From Hylemonella sp. (GTDB taxonomy: Bacteria; Pseudomonadota; Gammaproteobacteria; Burkholderiales; Burkholderiaceae_C), in NCBI GenBank assembly GCA_040376915.1, contig JBEIPS010000001.1:11296-75295 (forward strand): a DNA stretch of 64,000 bases. Reading direction: 5' to 3'. The notes under the pieces are model-generated. The model saw nothing but the letters and a program-made list of their open reading frames with translations. It did no database searches and was not told the origin of the DNA. This document shows positions 46,968-58,054 of this stretch, one piece after another. Within the stretch, counting starts at the first letter, position 1. Each line of letters starts with the position of its first letter. The position numbers were made by a program, and so were the translations under genes.

Positions 46968-48079
46968 AAAAAACCGCACTCATCACCGGCATCACCGGCC
47001 AGGACGGCGCCTACCTCGCCGAATTCCTGCTCAAGAAGGGGTACGAAGTCCACGGCATCAAGCGCCGTGCCTCGCTCTTCAACACCGGACGGGTGGACCA
47101 CCTCTACCAGGATCCTCACGTCGAATACCGGGACTTCGTGCTGCACTACGGCGACCTCAGCGATACCAGCAACCTGGTGCGCATCGTGCAGCAGGTGCAG
47201 CCCGACGAGGTCTACAACCTGGGCGCCCAGAGCCATGTGGCCGTGAGCTTTGAAAGCCCGGAGTACACCGCCGACGTGGACGCCATGGGCACGCTGCGCC
47301 TGCTGGAGGCCATCCGCATCCTGGGCCTGCAGAAAAAGACCCGCTTCTACCAGGCCAGCACCTCCGAGCTCTACGGTCTGGTGCAGGAGAGCCCCCAGAA
47401 GGAGACCACCCCCTTCTACCCTCGCAGCCCCTACGGCGTGGCCAAGCTCTACGCCTACTGGATCACGGTCAACTACCGCGAGGCCTACGGCATGTACGCC
47501 TGCAACGGCATCCTCTTCAACCACGAAAGCCCGCTGCGCGGCGAGACGTTTGTGACGCGCAAGATCACACGCGCCCTCGCTCGCATCGCCCTGGGTCTGC
47601 AGGAAAGCCTCTTCCTGGGCAACCTCGGCGCCCTGCGCGACTGGGGCCATGCGCGCGACTATGTGGAGATGCAGTGGCTCATGCTGCAGCAGGAACAACC
47701 CGAGGATTTTGTCATCGCCACCGGCGTGCAGTACAGCGTGCGCCAGTTCGTCGAGATGGCGGCGACCGAACTGGGCATCGTGCTCGAATGGCGCGGCGCG
47801 GGTGTAGAGGAACGCGGGGTGGTGAGTTCGGTGAGCGGCAGCGACGTGCGCTGCAAACCCGGCGACGTGATCGTGCTCGTCGATCCGCACTACTTCCGCC
47901 CCGCCGAGGTCGAGACCCTGCTGGGCGATCCCGGCAAGGCACGCGAGAAGCTGGGCTGGGTGTCGCGCACCTCGCTGCCCGAGCTGGTACGTGAAATGGT
48001 CGCGGCGGACTACAGCAGCGCCAAGCGCGATGCACTGATCAAACTGGCCGGCTTCCGGACCTACGAACATCATGAATAA
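46964..48079 (+). CDS. gmd: GDP-mannose 4,6-dehydratase
   Basis: [51 protein letters not shown]. Confidence 0.98.
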   Translation: MKKTALITGITGQDGAYLAEFLLKKGYEVHGIKRRASLFNTGRVDHLYQDPHVEYRDFVLHYGDLSDTSNLVRIVQQVQPDEVYNLGAQSHVAVSFESPEYTADVDAMGTLRLLEAIRILGLQKKTRFYQASTSELYGLVQESPQKETTPFYPRSPYGVAKLYAYWITVNYREAYGMYACNGILFNHESPLRGETFVTRKITRALARIALGLQESLFLGNLGALRDWGHARDYVEMQWLMLQQEQPEDFVIATGVQYSVRQFVEMAATELGIVLEWRGAGVEERGVVSSVSGSDVRCKPGDVIVLVDPHYFRPAEVETLLGDPGKAREKLGWVSRTSLPELVREMVAADYSSAKRDALIKLAGFRTYEHHE

Positions 48080-49112
48080 GCAGGACAAGATCTACGTGGC
48101 CGGCCATGGCGGCCTGGTCGGTTCAGCGCTGGTGCGGCGCCTGCAGGCCCTGGGGTACGAGAACCTGCTGCTGCGCACGCATGGGGAACTCGACCTCACC
48201 GATGCCGCCGCCACCCGCGCCTTCCTCGACGCCGAGCGCCCGGACCACGTCTTCCTGGCTGCCGCCAAGGTCGGTGGCATCTGGGCCAACAATGCCTATC
48301 CGGCCGATTTCCTGCGCGAGAACCTGCTGATCCAGAACAGCGTCATCCACGCTGCCTGGCTGACCGGCGTGCAGCGCCTGCTCTTCCTCGGATCCAGCTG
48401 CATCTACCCCGCACTGGCTCCCCAGCCGCTCAAGGAGTCCTGTCTGCTGACCGGGCCGCTGGAGCCCACCAACCAGGCCTACGCCCTGGCCAAGATCGCC
48501 GGCATCGAGATGTGCTGGAGCTACAACCGCCAGCACGGCACCCGCTACCTGGCGGCCATGCCCACCAACCTCTACGGTCCGGGGGACAACTACCACCCCG
48601 ACAACAGCCATGTCATCCCGGCGCTGATCCGCAAGTTCTACGAAGCCAAGGTGTCCGGCGCGAGAGTGACCGTGATCTGGGGCACCGGCACCCCGCGCCG
48701 CGAGTTCATGTACAGCGACGACATGGCCGACGCCTGCATCCACATCATGACGCTGGACGAAGCGCGCTACACGGCCCTGCTCGGCAGCGACACATCGGTC
48801 AGCCGCCGTTTCGAGCCGCCCCTGATCAACATCGGCGTCGGCCACGACCTCAGCATCCGCGAGCTCGCCGAAGCCGTGCGCGATGTGGTGGGTTACGACG
48901 GCGGCATCGCCTACGACGCCAGCAAACCCGACGGCACGCCGCGCAAACTCCTGGACGTGGAACGCCTGGGCGGGCTGGGCTGGAAGCCACGGACCCCGCT
49001 GCGGGCCGGCCTGGCGCGGGCCTATCACGATTTCCTCAGCATGGACCCGGCCCCACGACAGCCCGGTGCATCCGGCAGGCCGGACGCCAGCCTTTCCATT
49101 TCAACGCCCTAG
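48072..49112 (+). CDS. fcl: GDP-L-fucose synthase
   Basis: [51 protein letters not shown]. Confidence 0.97.
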   Translation: MNKQDKIYVAGHGGLVGSALVRRLQALGYENLLLRTHGELDLTDAAATRAFLDAERPDHVFLAAAKVGGIWANNAYPADFLRENLLIQNSVIHAAWLTGVQRLLFLGSSCIYPALAPQPLKESCLLTGPLEPTNQAYALAKIAGIEMCWSYNRQHGTRYLAAMPTNLYGPGDNYHPDNSHVIPALIRKFYEAKVSGARVTVIWGTGTPRREFMYSDDMADACIHIMTLDEARYTALLGSDTSVSRRFEPPLINIGVGHDLSIRELAEAVRDVVGYDGGIAYDASKPDGTPRKLLDVERLGGLGWKPRTPLRAGLARAYHDFLSMDPAPRQPGASGRPDASLSISTP

Positions 49113-49119
49113 GCCTCCC

Positions 49120-49716
49120 ATGACCAAGCTCCATCTCGGTGCTTTCAATTGCCCGCTCGAGGGGTGGACCAACACCGACGTCACGCCCCATCTCTACATC
49201 GCGCGGGTGCCCGGGCTGGCCTGGCTGCTGCACCGGCTGGGCCGCATGGGCCAGGCCCGCTACCAGGAACACGCCCGCGGCGTCTTCCGCCAGCTGCACT
49301 ATCTGAACGCCAACCGGCGCTGGCGCATGGCGGACGGCAGCCTCGACGCCATCTTCTCCTCCCACATGCTCGAGCACCTGAGCCTGCGCAGCGCCCGCCT
49401 GTGCCTTGCCGAGAGCCACCGCTGCCTCAGGCCGGGTGCCGTGCTGCGCATCAGCGTGCCCGACCTCGACCTGCATGTCGCGGCCTACCGGCCGGAACAG
49501 GCGCTCACCTGGGCCACCGATCTCTTCGAAGCCAACGAAGTGGCCGAGAAGAACATGCACCACTTCATGTACAACTTCGACAGCCTCAAGGCCCTGCTGC
49601 GCGAAGCCGGCTTCAGCCAGGTGCACCGCCGCGCCTACCAGACCGGTGTCTGCCCGGACATCAAGCGACTCGACAACCGCCCCGACTCCCTCTTCGTGGA
49701 GGCGGTCAAGTCATGA
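49120..49716 (+). CDS. Class I SAM-dependent methyltransferase
   Basis: KLHLG...GW.N.D, DAIFSSHMLEHL, RCLRPGAVLRISVPD. Confidence 0.85.
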   Translation: MTKLHLGAFNCPLEGWTNTDVTPHLYIARVPGLAWLLHRLGRMGQARYQEHARGVFRQLHYLNANRRWRMADGSLDAIFSSHMLEHLSLRSARLCLAESHRCLRPGAVLRISVPDLDLHVAAYRPEQALTWATDLFEANEVAEKNMHHFMYNFDSLKALLREAGFSQVHRRAYQTGVCPDIKRLDNRPDSLFVEAVKS

Positions 49717-49750
49717 AATCGCCGGTCTGCCCGGCCGTGCGGCTTGCGCC

Positions 49751-51250
49751 ATGAAAGACCTGGGCCACAGGAGCATCTCCGCCGTCTTCTGGGGCGGCGG
49801 CGGAACGGCGCTCCGGCTGCTGCTGCAGATCGGTACCCAGATCGTACTGGCACGCGCGCTCGGCCCCGCGCAGTACGGCCTGTTCGCCATCGCGGCCATC
49901 GTCATCAGCCTGAGCAACTTCTTCTCCGACATCGGCCTGGCCTACGGCCTGATCCAGAAAGAGACGGTCAGCGAGGAGGAACTGCGCTTCGTCTTCACCT
50001 GGCAGCTCCTGCTCGGCCTGCTGGTCACGGCCGCCATCACCGCCCTCAGCGGCCCGCTGGCACAGCTGCTGGGCAACGCCTCGGCCCAGGGGCTGATCGC
50101 CGCGCTCGCCGGGGTCTGCCTGCTCAATGCCCTGAGCGCGCCGGCGCTCAACATGCTCAAGCGCCAGCTCGACTTCCGCCGCATCCAGCTCGCCAACGTC
50201 ACCAGCTATGCGGTCGGCTACGTCCTTGTGGGCGTGCCCGTGGCCCTGCTCAGCGGCAGCGTCTGGGCCCTGGTGCTGGCCTGGCTGGTCCAGGCCGGGC
50301 TGTCCCTGGTCCTGCTCTACGCAGCCCACCGCCATCCGCTGCGACCGCGCCTCTGGTTCCCGGGCGCGCTGGGCATGGCGCGCTACGGCGCCACCGTGTT
50401 CGCCACCAACCTGGTCAACTGGTCCATCGGCAACATCGAGCGCGTGCTGATCGCCCGCTTCTTTGCGACACGCGAAGTCGGCCTCTATGCCACCGCCTAC
50501 AACCTGATGTACGCCCCGATGTCGTCCCTGCTGGGCATCACGCAGCCGGTGTTCTTCTCCTCCGGCGCGCGCATGGGTGAAGACCCGCAGCGTGTGGTGC
50601 GCACCTATCTCGCCCTGGTCGGCCTGGTGGCCGTGCTGGCCCTGCCGGCCTGCGCCGGCCTGGCCGCCGTGGCCGAGACCCTCATCCTGGCCCTGTACGG
50701 CCCCGCCTGGCAGGAGGCCGCGCCGCTGCTGGTGCCACTGGCCCTGGCCATGCCCCTGTTCCTGCTCTGGGGTCTGACCACTCCCATGCTCTGGCTCGGG
50801 GGACGCGCCAGCAGCGAATTCCGCCTGCAACTGCCCATGGCCGTGGCCTGGGTCCTGGTCTCGCTGCTGGCGGCCCAGGTTTCGGTGCTGTGCGTCGCCT
50901 GGGCCGTGCTGGGACTGTTCCTGCTGCGCTACCTCCTGATCCTGGCCACGGCGCACCGCCTGCTGAAGCTGCCCCTTCTGCGCCTGGGCCAGTCACTGGC
51001 GCAGGGCGTCCTGCTGGCCCTGATCTGCAGCGGCGCGCTCGCACTGATCGACCACGGCCTGAGCACCGCCGGCCTCGCCGCGCCGGTGCGCCTGCCTCTG
51101 CTGGTACTCGGAGGGGCCTGCACCCTGGGCGCACTGCTTGCCCTGGTCCCGCGGCTGGTGCCGGCCGACTGTGCCCCCCTGCTGGAGCGTCTGGCCCAGC
51201 GCTGCCCACCCCGGCTCGCAGCGCTGCTGCGCCGGCACATCCGGAGCTGA
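49751..51250 (+). CDS. Wzx-type polysaccharide flippase
   Basis: LARALGPAQYGL, D.GL...LIQK, VGLY..AY, multiple TMs. Confidence 0.92.
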   Translation: MKDLGHRSISAVFWGGGGTALRLLLQIGTQIVLARALGPAQYGLFAIAAIVISLSNFFSDIGLAYGLIQKETVSEEELRFVFTWQLLLGLLVTAAITALSGPLAQLLGNASAQGLIAALAGVCLLNALSAPALNMLKRQLDFRRIQLANVTSYAVGYVLVGVPVALLSGSVWALVLAWLVQAGLSLVLLYAAHRHPLRPRLWFPGALGMARYGATVFATNLVNWSIGNIERVLIARFFATREVGLYATAYNLMYAPMSSLLGITQPVFFSSGARMGEDPQRVVRTYLALVGLVAVLALPACAGLAAVAETLILALYGPAWQEAAPLLVPLALAMPLFLLWGLTTPMLWLGGRASSEFRLQLPMAVAWVLVSLLAAQVSVLCVAWAVLGLFLLRYLLILATAHRLLKLPLLRLGQSLAQGVLLALICSGALALIDHGLSTAGLAAPVRLPLLVLGGACTLGALLALVPRLVPADCAPLLERLAQRCPPRLAALLRRHIRS

Positions 51251-51256
51251 GCGGCC

Positions 51257-52669
51257 ATGGTGATGCAGACCCTCTTTTTCAGCGCCTACCTGCTGCTCGC
51301 CTTCGGCGCCGCGCTCATGCTGGTGCTCGTGCTCGGCCTGTCGCTGCATGGCGAACGCCGCTGGAGCGCCCATTTCCTGCCCGCGCTGCCGCCCCTGCTG
51401 TGCCTGGGCATCGCAGCCGGCTCGCTGTTCTCGGGCCGCAACCTGGTTTTCGTCGAAACGCGCATCGACCTGCTCTCGACCGGTGTCGGCCAGGGCGCCC
51501 GTGTGCTGCAGCTCATTACCCTGGGCCTGCTGGCGCTGAGCGCAGCCCGCGTGCTGGGCGCCATCCTGCGCCAGGCCAGCCACACACCGGCACCGGGCAC
51601 ACCCCTGTACCTGGCCTTCCTGCTGTTCTTCATCAGCGGCACCATCGTGCCCTGCGTGCTGGGCACCGAGCCGACCTTCATCCATTCGATCTTCTACCCG
51701 GGTGTACTCTTCACCGCCGCCTGGTGCGCACGCCGCGAGCCGCTGGAGCGGCTCATCACCGGCGCCAAGATCGGCCTCTACGCCCTGATGCTCGGCAGCC
51801 TGCTGGCCGCCGTGCTCTGGCCCAGCGGCGCCGTGCAGGCGGGTTACAAGGGCCTGCTGCCCGGCATCGGCTTCCGGCTCTGGGGCCTGGGCTCCAACGC
51901 CAACAGCATCGGGCCGCTGGCCCTGCTGGTCTTCCTGCTCGAGGTCATGCAACCCACGCCCGGCCGCTGGCGACGCGCCTTCCTGCTCAGCGCCAACGCC
52001 GCCGTTTTCCTGCTGGCGCAGTCCAAGACCACCTGGCTGGTCCTGCTGCCCGTGGCCGCCACGCTGATCGTGCACCAGGTCCGCCTGAAGCTGGGTGCGC
52101 GCACGGGCCTGGCGCTGCTGCTGGCCCTGATCGCCACGCTGGTCACCGTGTTACTGCTCGTCATGGTCTGCGATCTGGATCTCTGGTGCGCGCGCCTGCT
52201 GAATTCCCGCATGGGTGAAAACCTGAGCACCCTGACCGGCCGCACCCGGATCTGGGATGTCGCCGTGAACACCTGGCTGGACAACCCACTGTTCGGTTAT
52301 GGCCCCAACGCCTGGGGGCCGCAGTTCCGCGCCGCCATCGGCATGCCCTACGCCTTCAGCGCGCACAACCAGTTTCTGCAGACCCTGTCCGTGGCCGGTG
52401 CCCTGGGCCTGCTGGGCCTGCTGGTCTACCTCGGCCATCTGGCCGCCGCCGCCTGGCGCTGCGCCGCCAGCACCCGCGGGGTCTCGCTGGCGCTGCTGCT
52501 CATGGTGCTGCTGCGCTGCCTGTCGGAAGCGCCCCTGTCCGTGCAGGGCCTGATCAATGGCGACACGCTGACCCACCTGCTGCTGTTCTGCATCGTGCTG
52601 CGTGCCCCGCAGGCAGGCACGCGAAGCGAGGCGCACCGCCGCCGCACCACGAACCTGGCCCCGGCATGA
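51257..52669 (+). CDS. Wzy/O-antigen ligase-family polymerase
   Basis: Multi-TM; QSKT, LTGRTRIW, NPLFGYG, SAHNQFL. Confidence 0.88.
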   Translation: MVMQTLFFSAYLLLAFGAALMLVLVLGLSLHGERRWSAHFLPALPPLLCLGIAAGSLFSGRNLVFVETRIDLLSTGVGQGARVLQLITLGLLALSAARVLGAILRQASHTPAPGTPLYLAFLLFFISGTIVPCVLGTEPTFIHSIFYPGVLFTAAWCARREPLERLITGAKIGLYALMLGSLLAAVLWPSGAVQAGYKGLLPGIGFRLWGLGSNANSIGPLALLVFLLEVMQPTPGRWRRAFLLSANAAVFLLAQSKTTWLVLLPVAATLIVHQVRLKLGARTGLALLLALIATLVTVLLLVMVCDLDLWCARLLNSRMGENLSTLTGRTRIWDVAVNTWLDNPLFGYGPNAWGPQFRAAIGMPYAFSAHNQFLQTLSVAGALGLLGLLVYLGHLAAAAWRCAASTRGVSLALLLMVLLRCLSEAPLSVQGLINGDTLTHLLLFCIVLRAPQAGTRSEAHRRRTTNLAPA

Positions 52670-53595
52670 GCATGCAGTTCTCCATCATCATCCCGCTCTA
52701 CAACAAGGCCGCCTACGTGGAGGAGACCCTGCACTCGGTCATGGCGCAGACCCTGCAGCCGCTGGAGGTGCTGGTCATCGACGACGGCAGCACCGACGAC
52801 GGCCCCGCGCGCGTGGCGGCCCTGCAGTACGCCCCGTTGCGCCTGATCCGCCAGCGCAACGCCGGGGTCTCGGCCGCGCGCAACGCAGGCATCGAAGCGG
52901 CGCGCGGCGACTATGTCTGCTTCCTGGACGCCGACGACTGCTACGCGCCCGGTTTCCTGGCCGCGCTGGACGCGCTGGCGCGGCGCCATCCCGAAGCCGG
53001 GCTGATCGCCACGGCGTATGCCCTGCGCCGCGCCTCGGGCGCCCTGCAGCCCCTGCGCATGCATGCCAGCGTGGCCCCGGGCGGCCTGGTGGGCGACCAT
53101 CTCTACCGGGCCTGGTGCCGCTCCTGCTTCTTCTGCACGATTTCACTGGCCCTGCGGCGCGAGCTGCTCCGCGATCCTGCCCTGCGCTTCCCCCTCGGTG
53201 AGAAGCTGGGCGAAGACCAGGACCTGTGGTTCCGCGTGGCCGAGGCCCACGGTGTGGCCTACGACCCCGAAGCGCACGCGCTCTACCGCCAGGACGTCGC
53301 CGGCAGCGCCACCTCCTCGCTGGCGGTGCTCGATGAGCTACCGGTCTACCAGCGACTGCACCAACGCCTGCAACAGGGGCGGGTGCCCGCGTCCATGCGC
53401 CGCGGCGCGGCGCGGCTCTATGCCAGCCACCTGCTCAACGTCGCTCGCAACCGGCTGCGAGCGGGCAACCTGCCCGGAGCCTGGTCGCTGGCCTGCCGCC
53501 CTGCAGCGCGCCGCAACCCGCTCTACTGGCTGCGCACCGTGCTGCGTCTGGGCTGGCGGCAACTGGCCCTGCGCCAGTCCGGGAGGGCTGCATGA
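52666..53595 (+). CDS. Glycosyltransferase family 2
   Basis: SIIIPLYNK, DDGSTD, GVSAARN, FLDADD, GEDQD. Confidence 0.93.
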   Translation: MSMQFSIIIPLYNKAAYVEETLHSVMAQTLQPLEVLVIDDGSTDDGPARVAALQYAPLRLIRQRNAGVSAARNAGIEAARGDYVCFLDADDCYAPGFLAALDALARRHPEAGLIATAYALRRASGALQPLRMHASVAPGGLVGDHLYRAWCRSCFFCTISLALRRELLRDPALRFPLGEKLGEDQDLWFRVAEAHGVAYDPEAHALYRQDVAGSATSSLAVLDELPVYQRLHQRLQQGRVPASMRRGAARLYASHLLNVARNRLRAGNLPGAWSLACRPAARRNPLYWLRTVLRLGWRQLALRQSGRAA

Positions 53596-54875
53596 TGCGC
53601 CCCCTCTTCTGGCTCTATCGCGCCCTGGCCGCAGGGCTGCTGGGCATCGGCCCCGCCGCTGCGCAGTTTCCGGTTCCCGCCCACGACCCCTACTTCGGCA
53701 TGCACATCCACCGCGCCGATGCCGGCACGGCCTGGCCGACCGCCCCGCTGGGCGCCTGGCGCCTGTGGGACCTGGGCGCCCGCTGGCCCGAGCTGGAGCC
53801 CCAGCCGGGCCGTTGGCAGTTCGAGCGGCTGGACCGCTATGTGGCCCTGGCCGGCCTGACCCGCGTGGACCTGCTGCTGCCCCTGGGTTCCTCCCCGGCC
53901 TGGGCCTCGGCCCGGCCGCAGGAGAAATCAAGTTATGGCCTCGGCCAGGCCGCCGAACCGGCCCGGCTGGACGACTGGCGGCGTTATGTGCGCACCGTGG
54001 CCGAGCGCTACCGGGGCCGCATCCGTCACTACGAGATCTGGAACGAGGTCAACGACAAGGGCTTCTACACCGGCAGCCCGGAGAAGATGGTGGAGCTGAC
54101 CTGCGCGGCCCACGCCATCCTGCACGCCGTCGATCCGGACAACCGCCTCGTTTCGCCTTCCTTCATCGGCGCCGGCAGCGAGCCCGAGCAGCTGGAGCGC
54201 TTTCTGCGCCTGGGCGGCAAGGCCTGTGTCGACATCGTGGCTTACCACTTCTACGTGCCGCACCGCGAGCCGGAGGAGATCGTGCCCCTGGTCCAGCGCG
54301 TGCGCACCGCCATGCAGCGCCAGGGCCTCGCTCATCTGCCCTTGTGGAACACCGAGTCCGGCTGGTGGCTGGCCAATGCGGACGGTACGGACCGGATCGG
54401 CGCCGACAAACGCTGGCGCCGGGTGGACAGCGGTGAAGGCGCCGCCGTGGTGGCACGCACCCTGATCCTGGGCCGCTGGGCCGGGCTGGAGCGTTTCTAC
54501 TGGTACGCCTGGGACAACCGGCGCCTTGGCCTGATCGAGCCGGACGGCCGCCTCAAACCGGCCGGCCGGGCCTATGCCACCGTGGCGCGCTGGTTGCAAG
54601 GTGCCACGCCAGACTGTTCATCTTCGGCGCATCCGGGCAGCGACCCGGCAGCGACAGCGCACCCGACCTGGGTCTGTCAGCTCCCGCCGGCAGCGGACGG
54701 CCGACGGCGCCGCATCGCCTGGACCCGTCATGCATCGGACCGGCCGACCTACACGCTGCCGGCGGGCGAGCGCCTGCGGGCCGTGGAGCAGCTTGACGGC
54801 GGTGCGGCTGTGGCCGATGGCCGCACGTACACGCTGGCTTACGAGCCGGTGCTGCTGTTCTCGGAGGGACCATGA
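53592..54875 (+). CDS. Exported clan GH-A glycoside hydrolase (GH39/GH5-like)
   Basis: Signal peptide; FGMHIH, YEIWNE (acid/base), LWNTESG (nucleophile), FYWYAWD. Confidence 0.85.
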   Translation: MMRPLFWLYRALAAGLLGIGPAAAQFPVPAHDPYFGMHIHRADAGTAWPTAPLGAWRLWDLGARWPELEPQPGRWQFERLDRYVALAGLTRVDLLLPLGSSPAWASARPQEKSSYGLGQAAEPARLDDWRRYVRTVAERYRGRIRHYEIWNEVNDKGFYTGSPEKMVELTCAAHAILHAVDPDNRLVSPSFIGAGSEPEQLERFLRLGGKACVDIVAYHFYVPHREPEEIVPLVQRVRTAMQRQGLAHLPLWNTESGWWLANADGTDRIGADKRWRRVDSGEGAAVVARTLILGRWAGLERFYWYAWDNRRLGLIEPDGRLKPAGRAYATVARWLQGATPDCSSSAHPGSDPAATAHPTWVCQLPPAADGRRRRIAWTRHASDRPTYTLPAGERLRAVEQLDGGAAVADGRTYTLAYEPVLLFSEGP

Positions 54876-55777
54876 AGCGACAAACTCCTCCCTGGCTCAG
54901 TCTCGTGCTGGCCACCTATGGCCGCTGCGACGACGTGGGCCGCATGCTGGCATCGCTGGCCGGGCAGACGGACCCCGACTTCGAGGTGATCGTGGTGGAC
55001 CAGAACCCGGATGATCGGCTGCAGCCCCACATCACGCGGGGCCGGCACCAGGGCCTGCGCATCCGGCACCTGCGCCTGCGCGAAGCCAATCTGTCCGCGG
55101 CCCGTAATGTCGGCATCGAAGCAGCCCAGGGCGAGGTGATCGGATTTCCCGACGACGACGGCTGGTACGAACCCGACACGGTGGCCTGCGTGCGCCAGGC
55201 CCTGACCGACCCGCAACGCGATGGCATTGCCGGGCAGTGGGTGGAACAACGGGCCGCCAGCGGCCAGCCCGCCCCAGCCGGCCCGCTGCAGGCGGCCGCC
55301 TGGCGACGGTTCAAGGGGCGCCACGCCAGCTCGATCACCTTGTTCCTGCACCGGCGGGCGTTCGCGCGCTGGGGCAACTTCGACCCTCGCCTGGGCGTGG
55401 GTCGCTGGTATGGCGCCGGCGAGGAAGTGGACCTGCTGATGCGCTGGCTGGCTGGAGGCGCGCGTTTGGAGCACGTGCCACAGGTACGCGTTCATCACCC
55501 CTACGCACCGCGTCGCGGGCTGGGCCTGGTGGCCCAGGGCGGGGCGCTGCGACGGCGCGGGCGCGGCGTGGGCGCTCTTTACGCCAAGCACCACATGGGT
55601 TTCTGGGTGGTGCTGCGCGGCCTGGTGGGCCAGGGCTTGCGGCCCATGCTCGCCGGCCGCCCGCGCGCCGCCGTGCTGGGGCTGTGTTCGGCCTGGGGTT
55701 CGCTGGAAGGCCTGCTGCGCTGGCACGGGACCGGTCAGAACCATGCACCTGCAGGGAGTCTCGCGCATGAGCCCTGA
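54872..55777 (+). CDS. Glycosyltransferase family 2
   Basis: SLVLAT.GR, VIVVDQN, LSAARN, FPDDD.WY, GAGEE.D. Confidence 0.9.
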   Translation: MKRQTPPWLSLVLATYGRCDDVGRMLASLAGQTDPDFEVIVVDQNPDDRLQPHITRGRHQGLRIRHLRLREANLSAARNVGIEAAQGEVIGFPDDDGWYEPDTVACVRQALTDPQRDGIAGQWVEQRAASGQPAPAGPLQAAAWRRFKGRHASSITLFLHRRAFARWGNFDPRLGVGRWYGAGEEVDLLMRWLAGGARLEHVPQVRVHHPYAPRRGLGLVAQGGALRRRGRGVGALYAKHHMGFWVVLRGLVGQGLRPMLAGRPRAAVLGLCSAWGSLEGLLRWHGTGQNHAPAGSLAHEP

Positions 55778-56915
55778 TCGCGTTGCGACCTGGCGACGTC
55801 TGTGCATCGTCCAGCCGGTGCTCAAGTCCTACCGGCTGCCCTTCTTCCTGGGCCTGCAGCAGCGCCTGGATGCCCTGGGGATCGAACTGCAGGTGGTGTA
55901 CGGCCCGCCCTGGGCCGAAGAGGCCCGGCGCGGCGACCACGTCGAGCTGCCAGCCCCGCTGGGCCGCTGCGTGCCGTCGCGCATGCTGGGCGGCAGGCTG
56001 CTCTGGATGCCGGCCCTGGGCGAGGCCCTGCGGGCCGATGCCGTCATCGTCGAACACGCCAACAAGCATCTGCTGAACCTGCCGCTGGCGCTGGGGCGGA
56101 AGCTCGGCGGCCCGCCGATGGCCTACTGGGGCCACGGCCGCGACCGGCAGGGTAATGAAGATTCATGGGGCGAACGCTACAAGCGCCGGACCCTGCACTG
56201 GGCCGACTGGTGGTTCGCCTACACCGCGGGAGCCGCCGACTACGTGCAGGCCCAGGGTTTCGACGCCGCGCGCATCACGACGGTGGGCAATGCGGTCGAT
56301 ACGCGCGAGCTGCGCCAGACCGTGGCCGCGGTCACCCCGGCCGAACGCAACGCTGCCCTGCAGGCGCTGGACCTGCCCACGACCCAGCCGGTGCTGGTGT
56401 ACTGCGGCAGTCTGTACGAGAACAAGCGCCTGGACCTGCTGTGCGCGGCAATGGACGCGCTGCAGACCCGCCAGCCCGCTGCGTTGATCGTGATCGGTGG
56501 CGGGCCGCTGGCACCCATGATGCAGGCCTACGCCGGCACCCGACCCTGGGTGCGCTGCGTGGGCCCGAAGTTCGGCCGCGACAAGGCCGTGTTGCTGTCG
56601 GCCGCCAGCCTGTGGCTCAACCCCGGACTGGTGGGGCTGGGCATCCTCGACGCCTTCAGCGCCGGGCTGCCCCTGATCACCACCGATGTGCCGGTGCACA
56701 GCCCGGAGATCGAATACCTCGAACCGGGTGTCAACGGCCTCATGGTGGCGCCCGATGCCACCGTCCTGGCCGGCACGCTGTGCCGGCTGCTGCAGACACC
56801 CGCCGAGCTGCAGGCGCTGCGCGCTGGCGCCTTGCGTTCGGGCGAGCGGCATTCGATCGAAACCATGGTGAAGAACTTTGCCGAAGGAGTGCGACGGTGG
56901 TCGAAATCCAGCTAG
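55767..56915 (+). CDS. Glycosyltransferase family 4
   Basis: YRLPFF, YCGSLYENKRLD, PGLVGLGILDAF..GLPLIT, PEIEYL..GVNG. Confidence 0.9.
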   Translation: MSPDRVATWRRLCIVQPVLKSYRLPFFLGLQQRLDALGIELQVVYGPPWAEEARRGDHVELPAPLGRCVPSRMLGGRLLWMPALGEALRADAVIVEHANKHLLNLPLALGRKLGGPPMAYWGHGRDRQGNEDSWGERYKRRTLHWADWWFAYTAGAADYVQAQGFDAARITTVGNAVDTRELRQTVAAVTPAERNAALQALDLPTTQPVLVYCGSLYENKRLDLLCAAMDALQTRQPAALIVIGGGPLAPMMQAYAGTRPWVRCVGPKFGRDKAVLLSAASLWLNPGLVGLGILDAFSAGLPLITTDVPVHSPEIEYLEPGVNGLMVAPDATVLAGTLCRLLQTPAELQALRAGALRSGERHSIETMVKNFAEGVRRWSKSS

Positions 56916-58054
56916 CCACGATCATGCGGGCACAGGGTGACACGGGCGTGCAAACCCATGTGCGCACCCTGCTGGCCTGGTTGCAGACCCAGGGGCAGCC
57001 GGCCGGTCTGCTGACGCCTTTCGACGCACCGCGCTGGCAGGTGTATCCGGTCTTCGGACTGCGCCGGGTGCTTGAACGACTGAGTCGCAGCGCCGGAGTC
57101 TGGTGGTATCGCCACTGGCATGCGCTGTTTCTGGAGCGGGTCCTGCGCGCGCGGCTGGCCGACGGCCGGCCCAGGGTGATCTACGCCCAGTGTCCGCTCT
57201 CGGCTGCGGCAGCGCTGCGTGCACGTCATTCAACAGCACAGAAGGTGGTTCTGGTCGTGCATTTCAATGTATCGCAGGCCGATGAATGGGCCGGCAAGGG
57301 GCTGATTGCCGATGACGGGGCCTATGCCCGCTCGATCCGGGCCTTCGAGGCCCGGGTGCTGCCCGCGCTGGACGGTCTGGTCTTCGTGTCCGAATTCATG
57401 CGCCGTGAACTGCGGGCCCGCATACCGGCGATCGACAAGGTGCCCTATGTGCTGGCCCCCAATTTCGTGCCCGATCCCGGCCTGTCCGGGCCCGCCGCAG
57501 CCCAGGCGGACCTGCTGCTGGTCGGCACGCTGGAGCCGCGCAAGAACCAGGCGTACGCGCTGGACATCCTGGCCGCCGCGCAGGCACAGGGGCACATGCT
57601 GACGCTCACATTGGCCGGGGACGGCCCGGACCGCAAGGCGCTGCAGCAGCGGGTCAAGGCGCTGGGGCTGTCCGACCGGGTGCGGTTCGCCGGCTTTGTG
57701 CGCGATGCGGCCAGCCTGTTTGCCCGGCACCGTGCCTGCCTGCACACGGCCCGCATCGAGAACCTGCCGCTGACCCTGATCGAAGCGATGTCGCGGGGGG
57801 TGCCTGTGTTCGCGCCACCGGTCGGCGGTGTGCCCGAGGTGTTCAGCGATGGCGTGGAAGGCCGGCTGATTCCGCTGGACGACGCGGCCCAGGCCGCCCG
57901 GCTGCTGCTCCAATGGCTGGGGCAGCCCGCGCGCCTGGCCGTCGCCGGGCGTCTGGCGCGGGCACGTTTCCTGGCGCACTTCGAGAGCGATGTGGCCGCC
58001 GCGCGCCTGCGCGATTTCCTGCAGACCATCGCGGGAGAGACCGGCCATGGCTGA
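56897..58054 (+). CDS. Glycosyltransferase family 4
   Basis: GTG start after GGAG; VGTLEPRKNQ, ENLPLTLIEAMSRGVPV..VGGVPE. Confidence 0.9.
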   Translation: MVEIQLATIMRAQGDTGVQTHVRTLLAWLQTQGQPAGLLTPFDAPRWQVYPVFGLRRVLERLSRSAGVWWYRHWHALFLERVLRARLADGRPRVIYAQCPLSAAAALRARHSTAQKVVLVVHFNVSQADEWAGKGLIADDGAYARSIRAFEARVLPALDGLVFVSEFMRRELRARIPAIDKVPYVLAPNFVPDPGLSGPAAAQADLLLVGTLEPRKNQAYALDILAAAQAQGHMLTLTLAGDGPDRKALQQRVKALGLSDRVRFAGFVRDAASLFARHRACLHTARIENLPLTLIEAMSRGVPVFAPPVGGVPEVFSDGVEGRLIPLDDAAQAARLLLQWLGQPARLAVAGRLARARFLAHFESDVAAARLRDFLQTIAGETGHG

